This document shows positions 1 through 7,028 of a DNA stretch of 16,802 nucleotides, piece by piece. Positions within the stretch are counted from its first letter, which is position 1. The number at the start of each line of letters is the position of its first letter. The stretch is taken from assembly GCA_023129115.1 (NCBI GenBank), contig JAGMCR010000007.1, positions 1 to 16,802 on the forward strand, written 5' to 3'. A program made the translations under genes and the position numbers. The notes under the pieces are model-generated. The model made no database searches and was not told the DNA's origin. It was given only the letters and a program-made list of their open reading frames with translations. The stretch is from Candidatus Iainarchaeum sp. (GTDB lineage Archaea; B1Sed10-29; WALL01).

Positions 1-27
1 CCGACAATCCTTTGGGATTCGCCAGCT
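1..27. repeat. Dispersed REP-like hairpin repeat (copy at window edge, may be truncated)
   Basis: ccgacaatcctttgggattcgccagct matches 10099-10125 (ccggcaatcctgtgggattcgccaggt) at 24/27 positions; internal aatcc/ggatt inverted repeat. Confidence 0.7.
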
Positions 28-72
28 GCGGGCACACCGAATTAAGCCTAAGTGCAGGAAGAATTGTCCATT

Positions 73-336
73 TTAGTAAATGTCATCATGGTGCCCATAA
101 TCAAGCAATCTAACAATCTTTTTTTCTTCATTAATTTCATAAAGTAAAATAAATGGTTTGTGTACGTGCACTCTTCGCGACCCTTTCATATCCCCACGTA
201 ATGGCTTGAAATGATATGGGTTTTTGAGGATTTGCCGGACTTTCTTGCCAATGGCCTTAATCTGTTGTTTGTCCTTCTTTGCGAGTTTGGCAAGCTTTTT
301 GTCAAGTTCTTTAGCAATTTTTAGCTTGTAGTCCAT
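73..336 (-). CDS. relE: Type II toxin, RelE/StbE (YafQ-like) mRNA interferase
   Basis: 87 aa, basic; KNPYHFKPLRGDMKGSRRVHV...FILLYEI...VRLLDYGHHDDIY is typical of archaeal RelE-family toxins; lies 3 nt downstream of a small RHH gene. Confidence 0.88.
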   Translation of the reverse strand: MDYKLKIAKELDKKLAKLAKKDKQQIKAIGKKVRQILKNPYHFKPLRGDMKGSRRVHVHKPFILLYEINEEKKIVRLLDYGHHDDIY

Positions 337-339
337 ACC

Positions 340-561
340 CTAAGCCCCATATCTCTCGGTAAAGTTCTTGACAGTAATGAACTCTCCTTTCTTGATTCTA
401 TCTAGCTTTTTCAGATACTCTTTTTTCGCCTCTGGCTCTTTTTCAATCATTGACTCCATGAACATGCTTACTTGTTTGCTCATGCTAATCCCATGTTCCT
501 TGCAGAACTGGGAGAATTTTAGGTATACACTTTCTTCGACATTAAATGTTTTTAACACCAT
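340..561 (-). CDS. Putative antitoxin with ribbon-helix-helix N-terminus
   Basis: MVLKTFNVEESVYLKFSQFCKEHGISMSKQVSMFM shows a strand-helix-helix pattern; ATG at 561 preceded by GGTGAT RBS; upstream of and co-oriented with relE. Confidence 0.75.
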   Translation of the reverse strand: MVLKTFNVEESVYLKFSQFCKEHGISMSKQVSMFMESMIEKEPEAKKEYLKKLDRIKKGEFITVKNFTERYGA

Positions 562-573
562 CCATATCACCAA

Positions 574-608
574 TTAAATAACCTTATTTAACATTAAATA
601 GTATTTAA
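574..608. promoter_or_regulatory. TA promoter/operator: two adjacent inverted repeats with TTAAATA half-sites
   Basis: ttaaataa-cc-ttatttaa (574-591) and ttaaata-g-tatttaa (594-608), overlapping TATA-like sequence just upstream of the antitoxin start. Confidence 0.6.
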
Positions 609-671
609 ATGTTTGCTTGGCCAATTTTTCTTCGTTTATTGGCTAACATGGTTTCGTCAGTTTTTACGTCA

Positions 672-691
672 ATAACCGAAACCTTTATAAA
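672..691 (+). promoter_or_regulatory. BRE-TATA promoter with no convincing downstream CDS
   Basis: aataaccgaaacc-TTTATAAA resembles other promoters in the window (e.g. 7910-7921). Confidence 0.55.
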
Positions 692-859
692 CCAAGTGCG
701 TGATAACACTGATTGTCGCCACAGTGGCTGAAACCCTATGGGTTTTCGGCCATTTTCTTTTTTGATCTTGCGCCGGCTTTCGACACTGGCGCGCCCATTT
801 TTACTCGCTGCAGCGGGAGCCAGGAAAAGGTTATATATGCCCCTGCTTTTGTTGTTGGT

Positions 860-1297
860 ATGCTCCCAATCATTGGCAGAAGAATGGCCTGGTTTTTTGG
901 GCTGGTGCTGCTTGTATACGCCTTTTCTTTCATAGTGTTTTCTGCAGTTGGGGGAGTGGACCCCATCGTGGTGCAGCTGCTGCACGTTGCGCTGGGCCTT
1001 GGCTTCGGCATAGAGCTGGCGAGGGGGGGCTTTAAGTTGGATGCCCTGGCGCTGTACTCTGTCGCCTACGCCGTGTTCGCGGTGGTCACGGACGTCGTGG
1101 TGCTCTTTGCCTTCCCGTCCCTGTTGCCGAGAACGGACGTGGGCGGCCTGATGTCTGGCTCGGCCCTCCTGGCTGGGTTTTACTTGGTGGCCTTTGCTGT
1201 TGGCGGCCTAGCCGGCTGGCTCTTGACAGATTTTGTTCGGCGCCAGGTTGCCAAGGCATTCAGAGCCAAGAGGCGCAGGCCCAAAAAGCGCCGCTAA
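860..1297 (+). CDS. Hypothetical membrane protein (about 4 TM helices, basic C-terminal tail)
   Basis: Hydrophobic segments begin at MLPIIGRRMAWFF; ggaaaaggTTATATA promoter at 823-837 fits the ATG at 860 better than the TTG at 713; tail KAFRAKRRRPKKRR. Confidence 0.7.
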   Translation: MLPIIGRRMAWFFGLVLLVYAFSFIVFSAVGGVDPIVVQLLHVALGLGFGIELARGGFKLDALALYSVAYAVFAVVTDVVVLFAFPSLLPRTDVGGLMSGSALLAGFYLVAFAVGGLAGWLLTDFVRRQVAKAFRAKRRRPKKRR

Positions 1298-1403
1298 TCA
1301 CCAGTGAAGCTTAGCCTGCCAGCGGACTAACGCCATTTTCCATCGACGCTTTTCCCCCGAGCAGCCGCTAGGCAAAGTGGCTGTAACAGAAAAAGGGTCG
1401 AGG

Positions 1404-1522
1404 CGAACAGTGCAGGGTGTTTCCCAAGCCCTTTCGGAGCTTAGTACAGCACCCTACGCAGGAGGGCTTAACTTCCGGGTTCGGGATGTTACCGGGTGTG
1501 ACCCCTCCGCTATGACCGTTCT
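1404..1522 (-). rRNA. rrf: 5S ribosomal RNA, stand-alone (ends approximate)
   Basis: Reverse complement gaacggtcatagcggaggggtcacacccggtaacatcccgaacccggaagttaagccctcc...actgttc has the conserved 5S motifs (CAUAGC, CCGAAC, GAAGUUAAGCC); terminal helix gaacggt/actgttc; T-run after the 3' end. Confidence 0.95.
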
Positions 1523-1545
1523 GGGCATTATTGCGAATAACCGGG

Positions 1546-1560
1546 TATTTAAAGGTTACG
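1546..1560 (-). promoter_or_regulatory. TATA box of the 5S rRNA gene
   Basis: Minus strand cgtaaccTTTAAATA, about 24 nt upstream of the 5S 5' end. Confidence 0.7.
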
Positions 1561-1572
1561 CCGAAAACGGCG

Positions 1573-1842
1573 TTATCTCTTTATAAAAGCCGATATTTCC
1601 TCGACAGTCTTGTCAACCGCCCTGTACACTTCCGCCTCGCTTTTGGCGCCCGTGCAAATCATCTTGCCGTTCTTGAACAGGAGCAGGCTCGTCTTCGGCT
1701 TCTTGAGCTTCAGAATCGCGCCGGGAAACTGCTCGGGCTCGTACTCCACGTTGTCCAGCTCGTGCGCAATCGCGTACAAGTCAAGCTCTGCGTTCAAGTT
1801 GGCCGAAGCGACTATGTTCTCTATGTTAAACTTGGCTTCCAT
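1573..1842 (-). CDS. tbp: Single-repeat (monopartite) TATA-box-binding protein homolog, 89 aa
   Basis: IENIVASANL..ELDLYAIA..LDNVEYEPEQFPGAILKLKKPKTSLLLFKNGKMICTGAKSEAEV is exactly one TBP repeat; ATG at 1842 lies downstream of TATA boxes; stop follows the last helix. Confidence 0.92.
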   Translation of the reverse strand: MEAKFNIENIVASANLNAELDLYAIAHELDNVEYEPEQFPGAILKLKKPKTSLLLFKNGKMICTGAKSEAEVYRAVDKTVEEISAFIKR

Positions 1843-1852
1843 AGAAACACCA

Positions 1853-1883
1853 TTTATAAAGGACACCCCGTTCTTTATAAAGG
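1853..1883 (-). promoter_or_regulatory. Tandem TATA boxes upstream of the half-TBP gene
   Basis: tttataaagg at 1853-1862 and 1874-1883: an exact 10-bp direct repeat with 21-bp period and palindromic TTTATAAA core. Confidence 0.7.
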
Positions 1884-1907
1884 TTATTACTCTTGGGCCA
1901 AAAGAAG

Positions 1908-2237
1908 TCACAAAGCCAATGCAAAGATGCCCACCACAAGGGTCCAAATCAGGTTCAGGAGAAACGTCACCGAGTTCACCGCCACGCCCGCCTGGCCGTA
2001 AATCAGCACCACGACCGTCAGGATTGCGAGCCCGTTCCACCAGTCGTCCCTCCGGCTGCCGCCGAAGCCCATGACGCCAGAGACAATCCTGGACAGCACG
2101 CCCCACACAAGGTAAAACGCGCCGACCATGGCCACGAACGGGAGCAGGGTCGCGAACAGCTTTGGATAGGCCGCAAGTGCAACTATCCCTACACCGAAAA
2201 GCATGTACAAAAACTCTACGAGCTCACCTTCGTCCAT
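1908..2237 (-). CDS. Hypothetical small membrane protein (about 4 TM)
   Basis: MDEGELVEFLYMLFGVGIVALAAY... with hydrophobic segments; minus-strand TTTTTATA at 2263-2270 is about 25 nt upstream of ATG 2237. Confidence 0.7.
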   Translation of the reverse strand: MDEGELVEFLYMLFGVGIVALAAYPKLFATLLPFVAMVGAFYLVWGVLSRIVSGVMGFGGSRRDDWWNGLAILTVVVLIYGQAGVAVNSVTFLLNLIWTLVVGIFALAL

Positions 2238-2347
2238 GTAGTTACTGTTGGGTAGTAACACATATAAAAAGTTTTTGCCATGGCGTCCTATATATAAAGG
2301 GGAAGCTTCATAACCATGGGCACGCATTGATTTTAGGAGTGTGAAAA

Positions 2348-2632
2348 ATGCGAAAGAGCAAGGGCAAGATGCGGGGCACGAGGGGCCTCCGCAAGGGCCA
2401 CAGAGAGAAGGGCATGAAGCCCGTGAACCAATACCTGCAGGAATTCGCGGTGGGCGACAGCGTCCACATATCGTTAGTGGTCTCCGAGCCGTCCGGCATG
2501 CCGTACCCCCGGTTCAACGGGAGGACGGGCGTCGTGGAGGGCAAGCAGGGCAATGCTTACAAGGTAAAAATCAAGGACGGGGACAAGGACAAGGTCCTGC
2601 TGATAACCCCGGTCCACCTCAAGAAGGCGTGA
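2348..2632 (+). CDS. rpl21e: 50S ribosomal protein L21e (eL21)
   Basis: MRKSKGKMRGTR..LRK..REKG...LQEFAVGDSVHI...GMPYPRFNGRTGVV..KQGNAYKVKIKDGDKDK.L.I.PVHLK; conserved position before rpo4. Confidence 0.97.
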   Translation: MRKSKGKMRGTRGLRKGHREKGMKPVNQYLQEFAVGDSVHISLVVSEPSGMPYPRFNGRTGVVEGKQGNAYKVKIKDGDKDKVLLITPVHLKKA

Positions 2633-2635
2633 ACC

Positions 2636-2974
2636 ATGATAGGCAAAAAAATCATCGAGGAAAAGGACATCACGGTCAGTGACGTCAAGAACATACTCAC
2701 GAAGCGGAAGAAAGAGGGCGAGCTCTCGTACGAGCAGAAGCTCTCCTACGACTATTCCGCGGAGTTCGGGGGGCTCACGGTCACCAGGGCACGCGAGCTC
2801 GTCGATGGCCTCATGAAGATTGAGGGCCTCGACAGCCCCACCGCGGTCCAGATTGCGGACAACCTCCCCGTGGACAGGGACGACCTGATGGTCATCCTGG
2901 AGAAGCGCAGGAAGGGCCTCGAGGACGCGGACATAAAAAAGGTCCTGGACCTCGTGGCAAAGGCACAGAAGTGA
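2636..2974 (+). CDS. rpo4: DNA-directed RNA polymerase subunit Rpo4 (RpoF)
   Basis: MIGKKIIEEKDIT..VK.IL..RKKEGELSYEQK...DY..AVQIADNLP.D.DDL; synteny rpl21e-rpo4-DUF655-rsmA. Confidence 0.93.
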   Translation: MIGKKIIEEKDITVSDVKNILTKRKKEGELSYEQKLSYDYSAEFGGLTVTRARELVDGLMKIEGLDSPTAVQIADNLPVDRDDLMVILEKRRKGLEDADIKKVLDLVAKAQK

Positions 2975-2981
2975 ACCGGAA

Positions 2982-3554
2982 ATGAAGGAAGAGCAGGCAA
3001 TTGTGCTGGACTACCTCTCCCGGGGGTATTCCTCGTCCTATACGGGCGAGCCGATAGCGCAAGCCGTGGGCACCACCCGCTTCACCCTGCTCGAGCTGGT
3101 GCCGCGGGACGGCGTCTTCCTGTCGCTGCGGCAGCAGGTCTACATCGGGCCTGACGAGCGGAAGGAAGTCAAGTTCATCAAAGGCCGGCTCGAGTACGCC
3201 AAGCTCACGAACGCGGCGCGGAACGAGCTGCCGCTCGTGATTGAGGAGACCATCACGGCCAACGAGGCGAAGTACGTCGAGTTCTTCAACAAGGCCGGCC
3301 CAATAAGCATCCGCAAGCACTCCCTGGAGCTTCTCCCCAGCGTGGGCAAGAAGCACATGGAGGCCATTGTGGACGAGCGGGAGAGGAAGCCGTTCGACTC
3401 TTTCAAAAACTTGACCGAGCGAGTGAACCTGATGCCGAACCCGGTCCGCGTCATCCAGGAGCGCGTGCTCGAGGAGCTCCAGGGCAACGGGATAAAGTAC
3501 TACATCTTCACAGCGCCGCCCAAGCGCGACGACGCTCCGAGGCGTTACCGGTGA
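2982..3554 (+). CDS. DUF655 family protein (putative nucleic-acid binding)
   Basis: EEQAIVLDYL..G...PIAQAVG..FTLLELVP...FFNKAGPISIRKHSLELLPSVGKKHM..I..ER..KPFDSF; conserved synteny. Confidence 0.93.
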   Translation: MKEEQAIVLDYLSRGYSSSYTGEPIAQAVGTTRFTLLELVPRDGVFLSLRQQVYIGPDERKEVKFIKGRLEYAKLTNAARNELPLVIEETITANEAKYVEFFNKAGPISIRKHSLELLPSVGKKHMEAIVDERERKPFDSFKNLTERVNLMPNPVRVIQERVLEELQGNGIKYYIFTAPPKRDDAPRRYR

Positions 3555-4246
3555 ACCTGCTCACCGAGGCAGCCTATTTTTTGCAGACCAGCGCCCGTCA
3601 CAGGGACCAGCACTTTTTGGTGAACGAGGAGCTGCTGCACCGCGAGGCCGGCTACGCCCAGCTAACCAAAAGCGACGTTGTCCTCGAGGTCGGCGGCGGC
3701 CTCGGCTTCCTCACGCGCGAATTGGTCAAGCACTGCAAGACCATAGTCGTCGAAAAGGACATCCGCTTCATCGGCACCCTCCAGAAGCTCGGCGCCGAAG
3801 TAATCCACGGCAACGCCCTGAAAATAGGGTTCCCGGAATTCACCAAGTTCGTGTCCAACATCCCCTACTCGATTTCCCTGCCCTTGACGCTAAAGCTCCT
3901 CCGCACCGACTTTAAGCTGGGCGTCATAATCGCCCAAAAAGAGTTCGCCAAGAAGCTCGCGGCGAAGCCCGGCTCAAACGAGTACGGCCGCGCGTCGGTA
4001 ATCGCGCAGTACTACGCCGACATCGAGCTCCTCGACAAAGTCAGGAAAAGCGACTTCGAGCCCAAGCCAAAGGTAGAGTCGCGCGTCGTGTTCTTTCGCA
4101 AGCGCCGCGGGGAAGACCGCGGGTTCGAGGGCTTCGCCACTTCGCTCTTCCGCCACCGCCGCAAGAAAGCCGCTGGAACCGACAAGCGGCCCGAACAATT
4201 AACGATTGACGACTTCATTCGCCTTTATAAGCAACAAAAGAGTTGA
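3551..4246 (+). CDS. rsmA: 16S rRNA adenine dimethyltransferase RsmA/KsgA
   Basis: DQHFL, VLEVGGGLGFLT (SAM motif), SNIPYSIS, QKEFA, F.P.PKVES, F.HRRK; GTG start overlaps the DUF655 stop. Confidence 0.93.
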   Translation: MNLLTEAAYFLQTSARHRDQHFLVNEELLHREAGYAQLTKSDVVLEVGGGLGFLTRELVKHCKTIVVEKDIRFIGTLQKLGAEVIHGNALKIGFPEFTKFVSNIPYSISLPLTLKLLRTDFKLGVIIAQKEFAKKLAAKPGSNEYGRASVIAQYYADIELLDKVRKSDFEPKPKVESRVVFFRKRRGEDRGFEGFATSLFRHRRKKAAGTDKRPEQLTIDDFIRLYKQQKS

Positions 4247-4253
4247 TTTACGC

Positions 4254-5084
4254 ATGAAAATCTCGTTCATCGGCGCGGGCCGTGTCGGCAGCTCCGCGGC
4301 ATTCTCTGTCCTCCACTCTGTCGACGCCGCCAAGGAAATCGTTTTGGTCGACGTCGAGGGCGGCCTCGCGGAGGGCGAGGCACAGGACCTGACGCACGCG
4401 GCCTTCGCGATGGAGCGCGGCGACGTCAAAATCACTGGCTCGGAAGGCTATTCCGCGGCGAAGGGCAGCGACGTCTGCGTCGTGACCGCGGGAATCGCGC
4501 GGCAGGAGGGCCAGTCGAGGGACGAGCTGCTCAAGACCAACGCGGGCATAATCCGGTCCGTGGCCGCCGAGCTGAAGAAGGCCGCCCCGAACGCAATCGT
4601 CATCACTGTCACGAACCAGGTCGACGCAATCAACTACTTGATGTGGAGAGAGACGGGCTTCCCGCGCGAGCACGTGGTCGGCATGAGTGGGGTGCTCGAC
4701 ACCGCGCGGCTGCATTCCCTGGGGTTCGACGGCTTCGTGGTCGGGGCGCACGGCGACTTGATGGTCCCCACGGAAGAGGTCCCGCCGGACAAGCTGGAGG
4801 AGCTCCGCGCGACTGGCGCGAGCGTGATTGCCAAGAAGGGCGCGACGTTCTATGGGCCGGCGGTGTCAATCAACCGCATGGTGTACGCGGTCGCGAACGA
4901 CACGCAGGAAATCCTGCCGTGCTCGTGCGTGCTTGACGGCGAGTACGGGCTCACCGGGCTTTCCATCGGCGTGCCGGCGTCCATCCGGAAGGGGGGCGCT
5001 GTGCCCGTCGAGATGGACATGCCGCCCGAGTTCTCCGAGGCAGCCGAGCACATAAAGAAGCAGATTGCGTCGCTTGGGCTATAG
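4254..5084 (+). CDS. mdh: Malate dehydrogenase, LDH-like family
   Basis: KISFIGAGRVG Rossmann motif; TAGIARQEGQSRDEL has Arg at the MDH specificity position; LDTAR and GAHGD catalytic motifs. Confidence 0.85.
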   Translation: MKISFIGAGRVGSSAAFSVLHSVDAAKEIVLVDVEGGLAEGEAQDLTHAAFAMERGDVKITGSEGYSAAKGSDVCVVTAGIARQEGQSRDELLKTNAGIIRSVAAELKKAAPNAIVITVTNQVDAINYLMWRETGFPREHVVGMSGVLDTARLHSLGFDGFVVGAHGDLMVPTEEVPPDKLEELRATGASVIAKKGATFYGPAVSINRMVYAVANDTQEILPCSCVLDGEYGLTGLSIGVPASIRKGGAVPVEMDMPPEFSEAAEHIKKQIASLGL

Positions 5085-5984
5085 CTACTTGTAGGCCGAG
5101 AGGTCCTGCTTTTTCTCGAGCAAGCGGTAGCTCGCGAACCCGCCCACGAGCCGCGTTATTTCCCACACCACCACGGCGAGGAACACTGCCGCGGCGTTCG
5201 CGCCCGCGAGCGGCAGAAGAAGCACTGCCGCGATTTCCATCCACCCAATTCCCATGACCGAGGACGGCGCGAACGAGAACAGCCAGACCAGTGCATACAA
5301 GAGAAACACGGCAATCATGTTCGCGTCGCTGCCGAACGCCTTCATCACGACGAGCCACTGCACCGAGTACAAAAGCCACGCCGCGATTCCAGCGGCCGCG
5401 ACCGCTGCAATCAATTGCTTCGCCTTCCCCGTGTACGAGTTCAGCGGCACGAAGCTCTGGCTGACGAGCCCGAACGCGAAGCTGAAGAAGCCGCTCATCT
5501 TCATGAGCGCGGTGACCGCGAGCGTGGCAAGGATTATCCACAGCCCGAGCGCGAACGCCGGGTCCAGCCCGATGAACCCTCCGGCCAGCAATGCAATCCC
5601 GCAGAGCGCGGCGATTGCTTTTACAGCAACTTCAACAACTTTTTCGAACGCGAGCAATGACTTGCCCATCGCCTTGGTCATCCGCTTCTGGAGGCCGAAC
5701 ATCATTTGCTCGGCCATTTGCATGCCGAGCACGCTTTGCCCGCCCATCGGGGTTCCGTACGCCACGGAAATTGGCTTCTGGACGCTCATGTACTCGACAG
5801 TGCTCTTCGCGCCCTCTTCGATGAGCACCTTTATCCGATAAGAGTCAATGAACGCCGCGAGCAGCCCCGCCGCGACCGCGGCAGCGAGATACGCTGCGCT
5901 AACAAGCTGCGGCACTCCGCTGCCGAGCGCCATGAAGCCCGCGACAGCAATCAAAAAAGCAGTGACTGCGTACTCTGTGTTCAC
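5085..5984 (-). CDS. UPF0104 / lysylphosphatidylglycerol-synthase TM-like (flippase-like) membrane protein
   Basis: Multiple TM helices; C-terminal FAPSSVMGIGWMEIAAVLLL resembles the family P..GGLG..E motif; GTG start with upstream TATA-like sequence. Confidence 0.6.
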   Translation of the reverse strand: MNTEYAVTAFLIAVAGFMALGSGVPQLVSAAYLAAAVAAGLLAAFIDSYRIKVLIEEGAKSTVEYMSVQKPISVAYGTPMGGQSVLGMQMAEQMMFGLQKRMTKAMGKSLLAFEKVVEVAVKAIAALCGIALLAGGFIGLDPAFALGLWIILATLAVTALMKMSGFFSFAFGLVSQSFVPLNSYTGKAKQLIAAVAAAGIAAWLLYSVQWLVVMKAFGSDANMIAVFLLYALVWLFSFAPSSVMGIGWMEIAAVLLLPLAGANAAAVFLAVVVWEITRLVGGFASYRLLEKKQDLSAYK

Positions 5985-6017
5985 GGCTAGGGTTTAGCGC
6001 GCGGGGGAATAAAAGGG

Positions 6018-6803
6018 TTATCTATTCATGCCCTTTGGGAAGAACTTGATGCCCTCTTTTGTCATCTCAAAATGGCCGATTGCCGCGCCAGTGTTGTCAA
6101 GGCCGGTGTAGAACTTCGCCCCTTCCTTCTTGTACTTTTCCGGCTCCGCCTTTTTTTCTTCCTTGTACTTATCGAAGCTTTTCTTGTCGACGTACACGAA
6201 CCGGCCGTCGGCGAGCTCGTGGCCGCCGATGTAATTCTTGAATGGGTCCTTGCCGGACTTGGCCAGTGCCTTGACCAGGTCCGTCTGCTCCTTGGGTATG
6301 CCAAGTCCGCCAGCCACCAGCATCCCGAACGTGCCAAAAGCGCTTTTGTCTATTTGGCTGGCCCCAACCTCATACTCCTGCTTCTCCGGGCCCTCGCCGA
6401 GTTCCAGCTTGTACACCCGGCCTTTTTTGTGGGACAGAATCCCATTAACCCGCAGGCTCAGGCCATCTATTGTGTTGATGTGGAGTATTGTTTTCCCTCC
6501 GGGCGTTAGCCGAATCCCGTGGAACGTGGTGTGCTTGTGGTCAATGTACTTCTGGACCAGGGCTTTTTCCCCCGTCATCACAGCGCCGGGTGCATTGCCC
6601 TCAAGTATGTTTTCGATTACCCTCTCGATTGGCTGCCCCATCATTTCCGGTCTTGGCCCAAGCGGCGCCGGCCCTCTACGCCCCGGTGGCTCTGGCCCGC
6701 CACCGCCAATGTCTACACGGGCGGCCCCGGGCACTTCCGGGCCTTCACCTATTCCCGCCTTCCTTTTCTTTATTTCTCGTCTCTTTGCCGGAGATTTCCT
6801 CAT
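6018..6803 (-). CDS. Hypothetical protein (basic, Gly/Pro-rich N-terminus; globular C-terminal part)
   Basis: 261-aa ORF with natural Lys/Glu/Gly composition; aaaagcTTAAAAA promoter-like motif about 35 nt upstream; no family recognised. Confidence 0.75.
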   Translation of the reverse strand: MRKSPAKRREIKKRKAGIGEGPEVPGAARVDIGGGGPEPPGRRGPAPLGPRPEMMGQPIERVIENILEGNAPGAVMTGEKALVQKYIDHKHTTFHGIRLTPGGKTILHINTIDGLSLRVNGILSHKKGRVYKLELGEGPEKQEYEVGASQIDKSAFGTFGMLVAGGLGIPKEQTDLVKALAKSGKDPFKNYIGGHELADGRFVYVDKKSFDKYKEEKKAEPEKYKKEGAKFYTGLDNTGAAIGHFEMTKEGIKFFPKGMNR

Positions 6804-6858
6804 TCCAAAACACCTGCTTTATTTATCGAGTTCCGCCTTTTTAAGCTTTTTTGCACGG

Positions 6859-6972
6859 CTATACCATCAGCTCTGCCATCCAGCCCAGGACGCCAAAGAA
6901 GTAGAGCATCGCGATTATCACGAACAGCCCGATTATCGCCACGATTGTTTCCATGAATTCCCCGCTCTTCAT
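6859..6972 (-). CDS. Small single-TM protein, 37 aa (not in the ORF track)
   Basis: MKSGEFMETIVAIIGLFVIIAMLYFFGVLGWMAELMV*; fills the intergenic gap; TTTTAAATA ends 26 nt upstream. Confidence 0.65.
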   Translation of the reverse strand: MKSGEFMETIVAIIGLFVIIAMLYFFGVLGWMAELMV

Positions 6973-6997
6973 CCCAGTCTCTTATTCGAGGCCTGCT

Positions 6998-7006
6998 TAT
7001 TTAAAA
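6998..7006. promoter_or_regulatory. TATA box between divergent genes
   Basis: tatttaaaa lies 26 nt from ATG 6972 (-) and 23 nt from ATG 7029 (+). Confidence 0.55.
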
Positions 7007-7028
7007 CCTGCCGCCCAAACTCCCAACC

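Noticed and set aside
713-859. N-terminal extension of the membrane protein from TTG 713
   Set aside because: It crosses hairpins, T-runs and a second TATA box; ATG 860 fits promoter spacing better
1573-2106. 177-aa ORF that has the length of a full TBP
   Set aside because: The N-terminal 88 aa have no TBP similarity, overlap the upstream membrane gene in another frame and run through the TATA boxes; the real start is ATG 1842
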